Shown here: in pieces, positions 1 to 13,230 of the stretch
Numbering within the stretch: position 1 is the first letter of the stretch
How the letters are laid out: each line of letters begins with the position of its first letter
Source of the DNA: Dicyema japonicum
Taxonomy: Eukaryota > Animalia > Dicyemida
Reading direction: 5' to 3'
Assembly: GCA_011109175.1 (NCBI GenBank)
Contig: RDEW01000015.1
Location: 16,742-80,741 of the forward strand
Length of the DNA: 64,000 nt
Made by a program: the position numbers and the translations under genes
The notes under the pieces: model-generated
Database searches by the model: none
What the model was told of the DNA's origin: nothing
The model's input: only the letters and a program-made list of their open reading frames with translations

Positions 1-753
1 AAAAAAGGACGGAACAGGAGGAGCCTGGACGAATAAGTTGTCCGGATCTGTTAGGTGGCACAAGTAATCTTAACATTGTCATTATTTCTCGATCAGTGCT
101 TTTGATAAATGATAAAGGTCGACTCATCACGTGGTTTATAAGCGTAATTTATTTGTTTAATATGCGAGTTTCCCCATAAATTTTAATTTGGGATTGGGTC
201 ATAGACACGTGGCCCCTTTTTCATTATTAGGAACCGCCACAATTACGATAAATTTAATATGTAGGTGAAATAGGGGGTATACGCTAATGCACGTGGTAAA
301 AGTGATCACCCGAGAAGCATATGTAAATACGCATTAGTATGGTCATTTACAAAATTGAGAAAACAGTATAATGAAACTCCGAATAATGCAAATAACCTCA
401 TACAATCTTTGATTCATTAAGATCCTTAGAGAAATATTCAATCGTTAACCAGAGCTTCACTAACATGCAGGAAACTACCGACCATTAGGGAACTCACCAC
501 CAATTCAGGTATCCCCCAATTTCACGACGAGTCCTAGAGGTCCAGAATAAACAAAAAAAATCTCGAACTTCTTTTTGATCCAGAAATAGACTATGTTAAA
601 CCATACACGTGAGAGTTTACTCTGAGAGAAATCCAGTCCAGAACCATCTTATTCCCTCAAAGAACAGAAATTAATCGCCCTCAAAGATCTCCAAAAGAGA
701 GGATAAGAAAATTTATTGTACAAAAGATACAGTAGAAATAATAACAGCAATAT

Positions 754-2381
754 TCAGTCAATTTGTAAGTCTTTTTGTGACCTCCAAAAGTCCCTAATAA
801 TATTACGAGTCTACTAAATCACCAAAGTCACTACATTCGGACTTTTGGGCACAAATTTAAGGAACAGGCGACAACCCTCGACCCTCCGTAATATATTCAC
901 AGAATTGAGGTTTAGGCTTCTCATAAATTGTAAGATTTGATATCCCTTATCAGCTCCACCAAGTCCGGAAACTACTTTGGTGGAGGAACCCTCATTCGGC
1001 ATATTTTCTCTAACATGAGGAGAAGTCAGATTCTTTTGGAAGTCATCCTTGACTGAAAGGGTGATTGGATCTTCATTTCGGATATAGAACAACAGGTAAG
1101 GGTGAGAACTCATCACTTCCTTGGGAGTGATCACCTGAATCTGCTAGGTCCACCAAAATTCTTAACCTCCTTATCATTGGCCATATACCAGGCCCCATAA
1201 CTAGTCTTTACGTACGAATAGTAGTGACCTACGTCGTTTCCATTACCCACGTGCACTATCACGGCATACAAACTGTACATTTCAGGCTTTCCCTACAAAT
1301 TAGTGCGTCCCCTCCTTACATTCAAGTCAGTCATATAAGGCCGCATATTGAGAGATTCCTCAAATGTTACCTTCTTGTTGAGCTTCCTAGAGTCTTTGTT
1401 GGAGTACGAGAATCTAAAATAAGGGACAGAACTGCCTTTTCAGCTGAAATGTCAGCAAATTCGGTAGCTGGTCGATCATCATTCGTTTGGAAGCGGTCAC
1501 TGAGCCATTGCAGTTCTGGCAATAGTAACTGTTCTCCCCAGTTAGCAGTTCTGGGCTGAAGAATCTCTCCAGTCCCTTGATGAGGGAGGAGTCCATCTAC
1601 ATAATCACCCACGTGTACAGTAATATCGGTGGCTAGATCAAAAAACAACTCATGTCTGTTAGAAATGCCTCCACACGTGTCACACAATACTAGATTACAA
1701 GAGGGTTTACTTTGACTGACCAAATATCCGCCAAAAATCCGATAAATTATACTCGTGACTTCCAAATTCTTAGTTCTGCGGATAAAAGGGAATGTATACA
1801 GATTGGGGACTCCGTAAATACAGCAGTTGTGCATCCCCTCCAGAACAAAGCGAAGGAATTCGTGGGAATCCCCCTGAGACGAGAATTTCAGGTTCTCGTT
1901 GATTTCTGAGTTAGCAAAGATCTAAACTTTCTAGGTTTTTCACAATATTTGCTGGGAAGAAGGCACTCTGGCCAGTCGTCCTTTCAAAGTGCTTTTTAAT
2001 CTCACACATCAGACAGTACGAGTTTTCAGCGATTTTCTTACCTGTGAGTAATTTCTAGCAAATACAGGCACGTGTGTGTTTGTTGGTTTGGAGGTAGTTA
2101 AACAAAGGCGGGGTGTACCTCAGACATTGGAGTACAGCATTGATGTAGCACGAGTTCTTCTGGTTTACAAGGCCCACGCCAATAATGTCCCCATTGCAAT
2201 GTCGTAAGCATAGATCAGTTGGTTTTGTTAGAGACTGAACTGGGGAAGGTTGGTCCTGGATGTCTTCGGAGTCATCCTCCTCGCTTGTAAGGACATCCAA
2301 GGACTTCCTTTTACTCAAACTGCTATGCTTTGGAGATTCCCGTTTACTCTCAGTTCTCCTTAAACGTTTACGAGCATTCAT
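754..2381 (-). CDS. Ubiquitin-specific protease, USP36/USP42-like (peptidase C19), at least 8 tiny introns
   Basis: Spliced translation gives Cys box GLVNQKNSCYINAVLQCL, SQGDSHEFL, IYRIFGGYLVSQILCDTC, His box YAVIVHVGNGNDVGHYYSYVK, WYMAND and YLLFY. Introns: 2042-2065, 1906-1927, 1776-1799, 1690-1710, 1597-1618, 1414-1435 (GC-AG), 1293-1319, 1141-1166. The 3' end is uncertain: stop at 814, or at 754 after one more intron. Confidence 0.9.
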
Positions 2382-2656
2382 TTGCTGAAAAATACTTAAA
2401 AATTGATTTTAAAAAAATATTAAATAAAATTAATAAAATAACATTTAAAGTGTACCCATAGCATAAGAGCAGCAACTTATTTTATTTATTTATTAACACA
2501 ACAGCAATTAATACTAAATTAAACAGATATTAAAATTATTTATTAATATTTGTTTATATTAATAAATAGTATTTAAAACTATGTCGTTTTAATGTTTTTT
2601 TCCAAAGGAAACCCATACCTCTTCAAATTATGTTAGAGGAGCGTTGTTGTTACGGA

Positions 2657-3265
2657 AAATCAGTGGGAACTATGCCGCCTGTTGATGACCACTGGGTTTA
2701 ACTCTCATTTTTAGCATTAAAATCGGCTCAAATTAACTTTATTCGCTTATAAGCTGATTTACTGCGTAAAGATAATATTCTCTAAGTTTATACTCATCCG
2801 TAATACTCTCTTAGCGATCATATCGATTGATCCAACACAAAGGAGCTTACAATAGGTCATCAAGTTCCTCCAATGAGAAATCTTCGTGGTATTTGAGGAC
2901 ATCAAGATCGGACTCCCCTAGTCGGATAAGTATCCTTCTTCAGTCAACAACTAGCTTAGAAAAGACCNAAAATCAGTGGGAACTATGCCGCTGTTGATGA
3001 CCACTGGGTTTTAGCATTAAAATCGGCTCAAATTAACTTTATTCGCTCATAAGCTGATTTACTGCGTAAAGATAATATTCTCTAAGTTTATACTCATCCG
3101 TACTACTCTCTTAGCGATCATATCGATTGATCCAACACAAAGGGGCTTACGATAGGTCATCAAGTTTCTTCAATGAGAAATCTTCGTGGTATTTGAGGAC
3201 ATCAAGATCGGACTCCCCTAGTCGGATAAGTATACTTCTTCAGTCAACAACTAGCTTAGAAGAGA
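2657..3265. repeat. ~300-bp tandem duplication joined by a single N (2968)
   Basis: 2657-2967 and 2969-3265 are near-identical with a few SNPs/indels; probably a contig overlap or haplotype join. Confidence 0.85.
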
Positions 3266-3794
3266 CCTTAGTAAACAACTACCTTAGAAGAGGCCTGTTC
3301 ATCTACAAAAGGTGAGGTTTAAGCAATGGAAACACTACAACTCCTTGGCGGAAAGGCTATATTATCAACCACTTATGAAATTTCATTAATAGTTCGTAAT
3401 ATAACAAAATATATTTTAATGGGAAAAATCATTAAGATATTTTTTAGGTTGTCGAAACTGTTCAGAGAGAACATACATTTTATTTATTTACCCCCTTCGA
3501 GTGAAAGAAACCGATAACCAACAAAAACATCACAGTCAAGAGAAAACGATTTCATTTACTGAGGGATCAGGGGAAAGTAAATATAAATTAAGTTCAAGAA
3601 AATAAAGATAAGTCATCAACTGTGGGAGTTTTTAACTAAGATTATTCTGGTGGATTAAACTAGTAAATAACTTCTTGTCTACTTGGGTTTAAGTTTCATA
3701 AGAGTCCTTTCAGCCTTGATTTTGTTTTAAGACTTATAGTGACAGTCCATATTCAAAGTAATTCTAACAATTAGTTTTAAGGTATTATCGTTAC

Positions 3795-3871
3795 TAGGGC
3801 AACCGAAATAGCAGTTTTTCCCCAAAAGTAGCAAATAATTTTCGATAAAATAGCAAAAAGTAGCATTTTTT
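3795..3871 (+). mobile_element. Terminus of a hAT-like DNA transposon running into the gap
   Basis: Starts TAGGGCAA, the same terminus as the element at 61747, followed by repeated TAGCA subterminal motifs. Confidence 0.5.
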
Positions 3872-4636
3872 NNNNNNNNNNNNNNNNNNNNNNNNNNNNN
3901 NNNNNNNNNNNNNNNNNNNNNNNNNNNNNNNNNNNNNNNNNNNNNNNNNNNNNNNNNNNNNNNNNNNNNNNNNNNNNNNNNNNNNNNNNNNNNNNNNNNN
4001 NNNNNNNNNNNNNNNNNNNNNNNNNNNNNNNNNNNNNNNNNNNNNNNNNNNNNNNNNNNNNNNNNNNNNNNNNNNNNNNNNNNNNNNNNNNNNNNNNNNN
4101 NNNNNNNNNNNNNNNNNNNNNNNNNNNNNNNNNNNNNNNNNNNNNNNNNNNNNNNNNNNNNNNNNNNNNNNNNNNNNNNNNNNNNNNNNNNNNNNNNNNN
4201 NNNNNNNNNNNNNNNNNNNNNNNNNNNNNNNNNNNNNNNNNNNNNNNNNNNNNNNNNNNNNNNNNNNNNNNNNNNNNNNNNNNNNNNNNNNNNNNNNNNN
4301 NNNNNNNNNNNNNNNNNNNNNNNNNNNNNNNNNNNNNNNNNNNNNNNNNNNNNNNNNNNNNNNNNNNNNNNNNNNNNNNNNNNNNNNNNNNNNNNNNNNN
4401 NNNNNNNNNNNNNNNNNNNNNNNNNNNNNNNNNNNNNNNNNNNNNNNNNNNNNNNNNNNNNNNNNNNNNNNNNNNNNNNNNNNNNNNNNNNNNNNNNNNN
4501 NNNNNNNNNNNNNNNNNNNNNNNNNNNNNNNNNNNNNNNNNNNNNNNNNNNNNNNNNNNNNNNNNNNNNNNNNNNNNNNNNNNNNNNNNNNNNNNNNNNN
4601 NNNNNNNNNNNNNNNNNNNNNNNNNNNNNNNNNNNN
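3872..4636. other. Assembly gap (N run)
   Basis: 765 N bases; the two ORFs spanning it are artefacts. Confidence 1.
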
Positions 4637-4976
4637 AGAACTCGGAGGATTGCTTGCCAGAAAGAAAAGGGATCAACGAGAAGGGTTATGGCTAAGACAA
4701 AAGATTGGAATAGCCATACTCCGAGGGAACTCGTTCGCAATCCACGCAGCAGGCTTCCTCAACTGACATTTGTTTAATTGTTAAAAAATTATTTTGTTTA
4801 AAAAAATTATACACACTATTTGTAAAATTTGAAATAACTAAAATTTCTATTATTATTATAAAGCACAACGTCTTGCCAAAATTTCTATTGTTAACTTAAA
4901 TTTTACTATCGTCAAATCAGTTTTTCTTTTATTACGGGTTTTTATGGGATCAGGGAAGAACAAGGAACCATGTCGT

Positions 4977-5075
4977 GGGCAGCAGGACGAGACTTGAATC
5001 CGGGTCCTACATGGACCCGAAATTTCTTACTTTGTTTAGAATTTCAGGTCTCTTAGACTACCAAGTTCGCCACAG
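4977..5075 (-). pseudogene. Degenerate long-variable-arm tRNA-like sequence (Leu/Ser-type); second copy at ~7457-7555
   Basis: Minus strand shows GGT(A/G)GTCTAAG D-arm-like motif, an extended anticodon-like stem, a GTCC..GGAC variable arm and a GGATTCAAGTC T-loop-like motif. The acceptor stem is not intact. Confidence 0.3.
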
Positions 5076-7091
5076 AAAAAACAAAGGCTTCATCCATCAT
5101 AAAGCAAAGTTCACACTCCTACATCCCACCTTATAATTATGAGTTAAGTAATTAATTGTTTAACTTTAAAGCAATCATTCGAAATCTTTACTATGACTTG
5201 ATCATGCATTCGAGATCTTTCTGAAGAGAATGGGCGTCATAAAGCGAAGTTCACACTCCTACATCCCACCTTATAATTATGAGTTAAGTAATTAATTGTT
5301 TAACTTTAAAGCAATCATTCGAAATCTTTACTATGACTTGATCATGCATTCGAGATCTTTCTGAAGAGAATGAGCGCTCAAGTGATACCTCCGAAGCATC
5401 TGTATGTTCCTCGAGTTTATTGAAAGAGCGATGGATCGCAAGAAGAACATTGAAAAAAGTCGAGAAGGTTACTAAGAGATGCTGAAATCACTTAGTGGGC
5501 GTATTTCCTCCATAATTTAGTGGTTATTTTTTGGTTTTTAAATAAAATACATAAATGCCCAAGCACGTGCACTTGAAATACCACAACATCATCCTTTCCA
5601 TTTTTTTCTGTGTAAGCAAATTACCATAGTCCATTTAAGACCTCTCCTTCTATTAGACGCCTCTGCATGTATTCGTCCAGAACCATTGGTATTGTAGTCT
5701 TAGGTCTTTAACGGAATCAAGAAGCGTAGAAAGAGTCTTCGTGGCCACGTTAACTGGTTTTGATTAGTAAGACATTACTAGAGAGGTGTCAATCACTCAA
5801 TCAACATGTTTTATTAAAAATCGACGTATCCTCNAAATTACCATAGTCCATTTAAGATTTCTCCTTCTATTAGACGCCTCTCCATGTTTTCGTCCAGGAC
5901 CATTGGTATTGTAGTCTTAGGTTTTTAACGGAATTGAGAAGCGTAGGAAGAGTATTCGTGGCCACGTTAACTTGTTTTGATTAGTAAGACATACTAGAGA
6001 GGTGTCAACCACTCAATCAACATGTTTGATCAAAAATCGACGTATCCTCGGACCTTCCCCTTTTAGAGGAGTCACCAGTATGTGATTTCACCTTCTTCTA
6101 TCTCTTATTTAGATTAATGGTTGTATCCTCACAAACTGAGTCGTCAGCTTCAATAACCGAATAACTGAAATATACTGAACTTTTCCATCAACCAATGACC
6201 TCCTATATTTAGAAGTATGTGGTCACCAGGAAAGACATATAGTCAAACAGTTATGCGAGTTCAATTCACGGAATTAGCGGCACCGTCTTACGTCTGTTGT
6301 CTTTCATTATACCTTCCTCTAACCAGAAGCGCATCCACTCTTACTCACAAGGTGTTGACTCCTCCATTTGAACACTCGTGTAATTACGAGAAATAATAAT
6401 GAGACACGTTGGGAATCATGCTATAAATTTAGGGTNCATATTAAAGCAATCTTTAATAAATCTAATATGCGGTATTTATTCACTTTATTAAAATATAACA
6501 CACTTGATAATTTTTTGGGGGACCAATAACTTTATTGGTGAGATCTGTTATCATATATCCACAATAGCAGCACTAATTGGGAGAAAAAGAGTGAGGCAGT
6601 GTTCAAGAGGAAAAGAAAATGTATTAAACAGTCATAGAGGTTTATATGCAAAAACCCAAAGAACTATAACCCTAGCTGCAGACTTTTTTTCCTAATTTAA
6701 ATAGATATTAAAGATTTGCTTATAAATTAGACGCATAATTAAATACTGATTATTTTTATGCATTTATTTACCAGCGAGGTTTATATGCAAAAACCCAAAG
6801 AACTATAACCCTAGCTGCAGACTTTTTTTCCTAATTTAAATAGATATTAAAGATTTGCTTATAAATTAGACGCATAATTAAATACTGATTATTTTTATGC
6901 ATTTATTTACCAGCATAGAAGAAGCTATTTCATTAAATACATAAATCTCGCGTGGTCCCACTAGAAAAGCATGTTTGCTAATTTAAATTATACACACTAT
7001 TTGTGAAATTTAAAATAACTTAAATTTTTTTTGTTAACTTAAATTTTACTTTCTTCTAATCAGTTTCCCTTTTATTACGGGTTTTTATGGG

Positions 7092-7416
7092 GTGGCTTAG
7101 TGGTTAGGTGTCGGGCTTAAGTGGCTTAGGCTACGGGTTCGAATCTCGCTGCTGTTCACCTGGTGGAAGGTTCCACGCATCTACGATGCGGAAAAGGTTT
7201 GACGAGTGACGCCGTCATCAGTGAATACTCACTGCGGAACTGGATTGTCTAGAAAGGACACTCACACAAGAAAAAGAAAAAAAAAGAAGTGAAGATCATT
7301 CCTTGGTTCTACGATTAGTTAAAATTAACTGTTCTTTACTTAAATAAAGTGTGTGTCCTGCCTATGCGGAGCTAATACCACGGCTCCGTGAAAAAGGCTG
7401 TTATTATTATTATTAT
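7092..7416 (+). mobile_element. tRNA-derived SINE, full-length copy
   Basis: A box TGGCTTAGTGG 7093-7103, B box GGTTCGAATC 7136-7145, (TTA)n tail, 13-bp TSD GGGTTTTTATGGG (7079-7091, 7417-7429). Empty site visible in the duplicate copy at ~4936. Confidence 0.9.
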
Positions 7417-8599
7417 GGGTTTTTATGGGCTCAGAGAGGAACAAGGAACCATGCTGTGGGCAGCAGGAAAGGACTTGAATCCGAGTCCTACGTGGACCCA
7501 AAACTTCTTATTTTGTTTAGAATTTCAGGTTTCTTAGACCACCGAGTTCGGCACAAGAAAGAAGACAAGGGCTTCATCTATCATGATGCGTAGTTCACAT
7601 TCCACCTAATAATTAATTCGAAATCTTTACTATGACTTGATCATGCAATTCGACATCTTTCTGAAGTGAATGGGCGCTCAAGTGATACCCCCGAAGCATC
7701 TCTGTGTCCCTCGAGTTAATTGAAAGTGCGTTGGATTGCGGGAGGAGCATTGAGAAAAGTCGAGAAGGCTACAAAGAGATGCTGGAATCACCTAGTGGGC
7801 GTATTTCCTCCCTAATTTAGTTGTTATTTTTTGGTTTTTAAATAAAATACATAAATGTCCAAACACGTGCACTTGAAATATCACAACGTCATCCTTTCTA
7901 TTTTTTCTGGGTAAGCAAATTACCATAGTCCATTTAAGATTTCTCCTTCTATTAGACGCCTCTGTATGTATTCGTCCAGAACCATTGGTATTGTAGTCTT
8001 AGGTCTTTAACGGAATCGAGAAGCGTAGGAAGAGTCTTCGTGGCCACGTTAACTGGTTTTGATTAGTAAGACATACTAGTCATGTGTCAACCACTCAATC
8101 TACATGCTTGATTAAAATCGACCTTCCCATTTTAGAAGGGTCACCAGTATGTGATTTCACCTCCTTCTGTCTCTTATTCAGATTAATGGTTGTATCCTCA
8201 CAAACTGAGTCGTCAGCTTCAATAACCGAATAACTGAAATATACTGAACTTTTCCATCAACCAATGACCTCTTATATTTAGAAGTATGTGGTCACCAGGA
8301 AAGACATATAGTCAAACAGTTATGCGAGTTCAATTCACGGAATTAGCGGCACCGTCTTACGTCTGTTGTCTTTCATTATACCTTCCTCTAACCAGAAGCG
8401 CATCCACTCTTACTCACAAGGTGTTGACTCCTCCATTTGAACACTCGTGTAACTACGAGAAATGATAATGAGACACGTTGGGAATCATGCTATAAATTTA
8501 GGGTTGCCATCATAAAATATAAATTCTGATAATCAAAGACATTTAAATTGACATATTCAAGGTCAAAAAATGTAACCGTCTTCCCATGCGTAACCAGTA

Positions 8600-8790
8600 G
8601 ATTATTATTATTATTAAAAAGCACTCCCGAGAAAACATAAAATTAGTTAAGTTTCCCTTGAGCTGTTTTCCTAATCATCCTCTCCGTCAGCCTCGACCAT
8701 GATCCTCTGTTGCGCGCTAGTTCTTTTAGGTAGTCTAGGTCATCTACAAAACCGATGTTCAGTGACGGTTATCCATAATTTCTGGAGGGT
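8600..8790 (-). mobile_element. 3' end of an RTE-like LINE with (TAA)n tail
   Basis: Minus strand reads DLDYLKELARNRGSWSRL, a typical RTE C-terminus, followed by a TAA repeat. Confidence 0.55.
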
Positions 8791-9440
8791 AAAATTCATT
8801 AAAATCGGATATCTACTGATGTAATCCTAACTACGTGAGAGATTGCATTGAAGTTATAAAATTATGCATTTTTTACACAAAGATTCTGAAATATCAAAAA
8901 ATGTCCCTTAAAGATTTGGTGAAAGTATTAAATGACTGCCTACTTTTTTTAGAAATAATCTGGTTCTTGACACGTAAGCATGAGAAAACGGGGATATCAT
9001 CTATTCAGGGTTTATTCATTGCTTCAGGGTCACCAGGTTAAAGAGAAAGAAGAGTCCTCAAAAAGTGACTACAGTTACAACGGTCAGAATGAGACGCATC
9101 AAATGACTGCTTACTATTTCTGGAAATAATCTGGTTCTTGACACGTAAGCATGAGAAAACAGGGATATCATCTATTTATGGTTTATTCATTGCTTCAGGG
9201 TCACCAGGTTAATGAGAAAGAAGAGTCCTCAAAAAGTGACTACAGTTACAACGGTCAGAATGAGACTCACCACGTCCATCCATGTCCTCAATGAGGACCC
9301 CTCCAATGGAGTAGGGGAGATTAAAGCCAGTAACAAAATCTTGTAAAAGATCAAAGATAATAATTAACATTAGATTTAAAATCAATAAAATTAAAACAAA
9401 TTAATTAAAATAAATTAAAATAAAAAACCCGCGTTGTTAC

Positions 9441-10302
9441 ATGTTTGAAGTGGTCCTCTCAAAATCCGCATTAATAAAGAAGATATTAGATTCTCTCAAA
9501 GATCTAATAGAGGAGGCCTCATTCGACTGTTCACTAGACGGGATAACTCTACAAGCAATGGACAGCTCCCACGTGGGACTTGCTTCACTTTTACTCAGCC
9601 CCGCAGCATTTAATGACTATCGATGCGACAAGAACCTCTCAATTGGCCTCAAGATCTCCGAGTAACTTAACTGATAATCCCAAGAGTCTCCAAGGTCTTC
9701 CGTTGCATAAACAGTGACGACAAACTCACTCTCAGGTCAGAGGACGACCCGAATTCTCTAGTAATTACCGCTGATGATGGTTTTCTTAATTATTTATTCA
9801 CAGATGAAAAGGACAGCTCTTCCAGCTATGAGATCTCTCTCATAAACATCGACCAAGAGCACCTCAGCATCCCTGTTCTTAGTCCTGATTATTGTAGGAA
9901 ATCGAATACGATGCCGTGATAGTCATGGGAGCCTCAAAATTCCAGCGAATCTGTAAGGACTTCATGCAGTTCTGTGATGAGGTCACAATTCGATGTGAGC
10001 GGAAAACAGTGACCTTCACATGTGGTGGAGACACCGTGAAAGCGGAGGTGAAACTTTCTCAGACTTCCCATGTGGACAAGGATGATAATGTTAGTGTTGA
10101 TGTGGACAGCCCTGTGACGGTGAACTTCTCTTTGAAATTTTTGGCCTTGTTTGCACGTGCGGCGACTCTATCTGGTGAAGTGACGATATCAGTGTCGAAT
10201 AGTAACCCCCTATGTGTTGAATATGACATTTCTGGAGAGAATTCAGGGGATCGTAGTGTCCTCAAATACTTTCTGGCCCCAAAAGTGGACGATGTTTTGT
10301 AG
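9441..10302 (+). CDS. PCNA: Proliferating cell nuclear antigen, 263 aa, 3 introns
   Basis: MFEVVL..., LQAMDSSHV, YFLAPK. Exons 9441-9661, 9685-9779, 9804-9874, 9898-10302; introns 23, 24 and 23 nt. Confidence 0.98.
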
Positions 10303-10899
10303 TTAATTAGGACTTTTGTACCTACATTTTATTTGATTTTGGATAGCCTTTATGAAATTTTATTTTTTAAGCGTAGTTTTGGCGAGTATTCGACGTGAAG
10401 TAGGATTTTATGGCTGTTAAAATTGTCTTTTAAAAATCACGTATTTGTCTTTGAACAGAGTGTTGTTTTGACACTTAGATGATTATACTTTACTGAGAGG
10501 AGGTTTTCACGTCAATGTGGTGCTTTAAATATACTTGTCCTTGCTCAATTTAGATTTGTGCGTGTTATTAACGGCAGTTTGTTAATCGTAGCACGTGCTG
10601 TCTACTAAAATGCATATGTGTAACAATTTAGCTTTTCGAACTTTAAAGTATCACTTTAACATACTCAAGCACATTCATCCACTGTCGTGTCTGTTTTAGC
10701 GTTCGAATGCTAAGGAATTTGATTTTGAGAATATTTAGATTATCGAATCTGGGTTTGAATTCACCTCACGACGACGTGCCTTGTATATTTGATCTCTTAT
10801 TTTATATTTTTTAATAATTGAGACTGATTTAACTATTAAGAGATTATAGGATGTCTTATTTGAGATGCTAATTTTTCTAGTCACATCGGATTGACCCTA

Positions 10900-11530
10900 A
10901 TAAATGTTCGAATATAGGGTTTCTCAATCAATATCAGAATTGTACAGTAAACGTACAATTCTATTTCTTTATCTTGTATTCATTGCTGGTGATTGGAATG
11001 CCAGAGCTAGAAAGACAAGACCTTGTGATTGCTCATAAGATCTCACGGCAGTAATCGACAAAACTTACCTACCGAATCACTTGTTCAATTCTGCTCGGCT
11101 TATTCATCACAAATGCAGCATTTAAACATTCTGTACGACAACCTGGGTCAAAATATTCAATCTAATAGATTTTATGCAGAATTCAGAACAATCTAGTGGC
11201 TGATTCGAGATCATACGAAAGCATGGAGACAGTTAGTAGTCACAAACTCGTATTGCACGTCTGGCGCTACGCATAAAAAATAAAGAACTGACTCAGAAAG
11301 ATATGACAGATATTTTGCGCCATAATGACGGTAAGAAAATGGAATACAGAAAATCACTAAAAATGCACGTGACCGGATTGATCTGAACGATACGATTGAA
11401 AAGATATGGACGGAAACCTATGCTCCAATCAAGGGAACTGAATCCGTGATTTTAGGGCAAATTCCAAACCATCGTCATAAAATTAGTAATCAAGAGATCT
11501 CTATGGTCTCTTTTGAACAAAAATATTGAG
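10900..11530 (+). mobile_element. Degenerate RTE-like LINE endonuclease fragment
   Basis: VFIAGDWNAR and IDF motifs of an APE domain, with many stops and frameshifts. Confidence 0.55.
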
Positions 11531-12836
11531 ACTCACAAAAGAGAAGCTTATAAATTTTTGACTTGTGAGATATAAGTCGACCATTATGACATAGGAAAGA
11601 CATAATTAATTGCTTGTTCAGTACTCGATGTTATTTCATGGTCAGGATTCCAAAAAAAACCTTCGTAGGTACGGAAACAGGGATCACTTCCTACCAGCTT
11701 AACTGTGTGTAATATATGACCAGGATGCAGAGTTAATATCATAAGAACGGGGCCCCTTAATGACACTTCCAAAGTTTCCTAATTATGGTACTCTGGTTCA
11801 CTTTAGAAAAGAATTTCTGATATGACTATGAAATTGACAATGTTCTTTTTTGCCATCTGTTTATTAGTGATGTCGTGCCACACCACGTGGGCTAACAATA
11901 TCCATGTTATTGGTTTTTCAATATTGATAAGTATTATTTCAACTTATCCTTAGTGAGTTTTATGGCTTAAACCATTCTTTCTACGTTCATTATAATTGCA
12001 ATCCCCACCTCTACCAGTTATTTTCCATAGTTATGGTCACATCCCTATTACTAGGAAATAAAGATCACTAACATTGTTCATAATATTTACCAAGAACGTA
12101 TGTTCGAACAATTTTTAAGTGAAAATACAAGACTTGTTTTTACGAAAAATCAGATGAGTCATTGACCTAAACCCATCCGTTGTCGAGTTGATAATTCTAT
12201 CAGGTGATTGGTTACTGTAACCAAAAATGGATTGAATGTACGTTCTATTTGGTGGCTCGATTGTGAAAGCTTCCAAGTGAGACTTATAAGACTTCGAAAT
12301 GACAGTGTCCCACGTAAGGATGACTTTGACTGGATCACCAACAGTTATTGTCAAATAATAATATAAACTTAGAAAATGCCTGCAACCGAATATTCTAAAT
12401 GCAGTTATTCTTGAGTATAACTTCCATGGGAATATTCGATGTGAGCCATTTTTCAATTTATCCTTACTATTTTGTTTACACCGTTTAACGACATTTTGTT
12501 CCCCATAAAGTTCAGTGTATTCAATGGGGAATTGAATTAATATATGTGATGGAGGAAATGAGACAATTTTTTGCTACATGCTATAGTTTATTGACATGGA
12601 ATCGTTAAGCTAACTAAACACATTGGCTGCTCTCAAATGCAAACGTATTCCCTCTTACGAATTGTAAGGAAATGTGCTCAGTAAGCAAGCTCCTCTCTCG
12701 AGCATCTTTTTACTTCTTGTGATGAGCCATTCAATAGGGTTCAGCGTGGTTAGTGATCGGTTCCCAATGACTCCTGGCTTTGACGGCGATTTGTTCCAAA
12801 ATGAACTCTCTATCGATACTCTAGTATTTATTTTTT

Positions 12837-13230
12837 TTAAAAATCGTGGCTCTTTCTGAGGTTGATTCTAAGGCTAATTGCCGTCAATGCAAAGTCAAAA
12901 GAGAAGCCATCTACGCAGGCGACGTCCCAGGTAAAGTATCTACCGCTCTCCATGGAAAGAGAGGTCTTTTGTTGACTTACGCCAGTCTGAGAGGCTCCAG
13001 TTGGATCAAGAATTCGGCGGCATTCAGTCACTACGCAATAACTAAGTTGATGGCTCTGTTCCTTGGACTCCTTCCAGTCCTCATTCGGTAGAAAAGAAAG
13101 TGAAGACATTTAGCATCGATCATTATGGCATCAAATCTTAGGAGGACGCAAATCGCTATTCTGTTAGAGTCGTCGTCCAATAGCATACCAAGGAGGGGGG
13201 GATGAATGGGATAGGTTTTAGCCATGCGCT
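12837..13230 (-). mobile_element. CRE-like non-LTR retrotransposon fragment (restriction-like endonuclease)
   Basis: LGMLLDDDSNRIAICVLL and GRYFTWDVACVD motifs. Confidence 0.7.

Larger units (their letters stand above)
4790..8505. repeat. Direct duplication of ~1.5 kb (about 4790-6436 and 6985-8505); the second copy carries a SINE
   Basis: Colinear near-identical sequence from TTATACACACTATTTG to AAATTTAGGGT, with single Ns at 5834 and 6437. Could be a real duplication or two haplotypes. Confidence 0.85.

Noticed and set aside
3727-4740. 337-aa and 299-aa ORFs
   Set aside because: They consist of translated N gap.
5098-9270. Short tandem duplications of 140-220 bp (about 5098-5377, 5616-6050, 6638-6915, 8930-9270)
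   Set aside because: They cluster near the gap and single-N joins, so they are probably overlap or haplotype artefacts. They are not CRISPR-like: no repeat-spacer structure.
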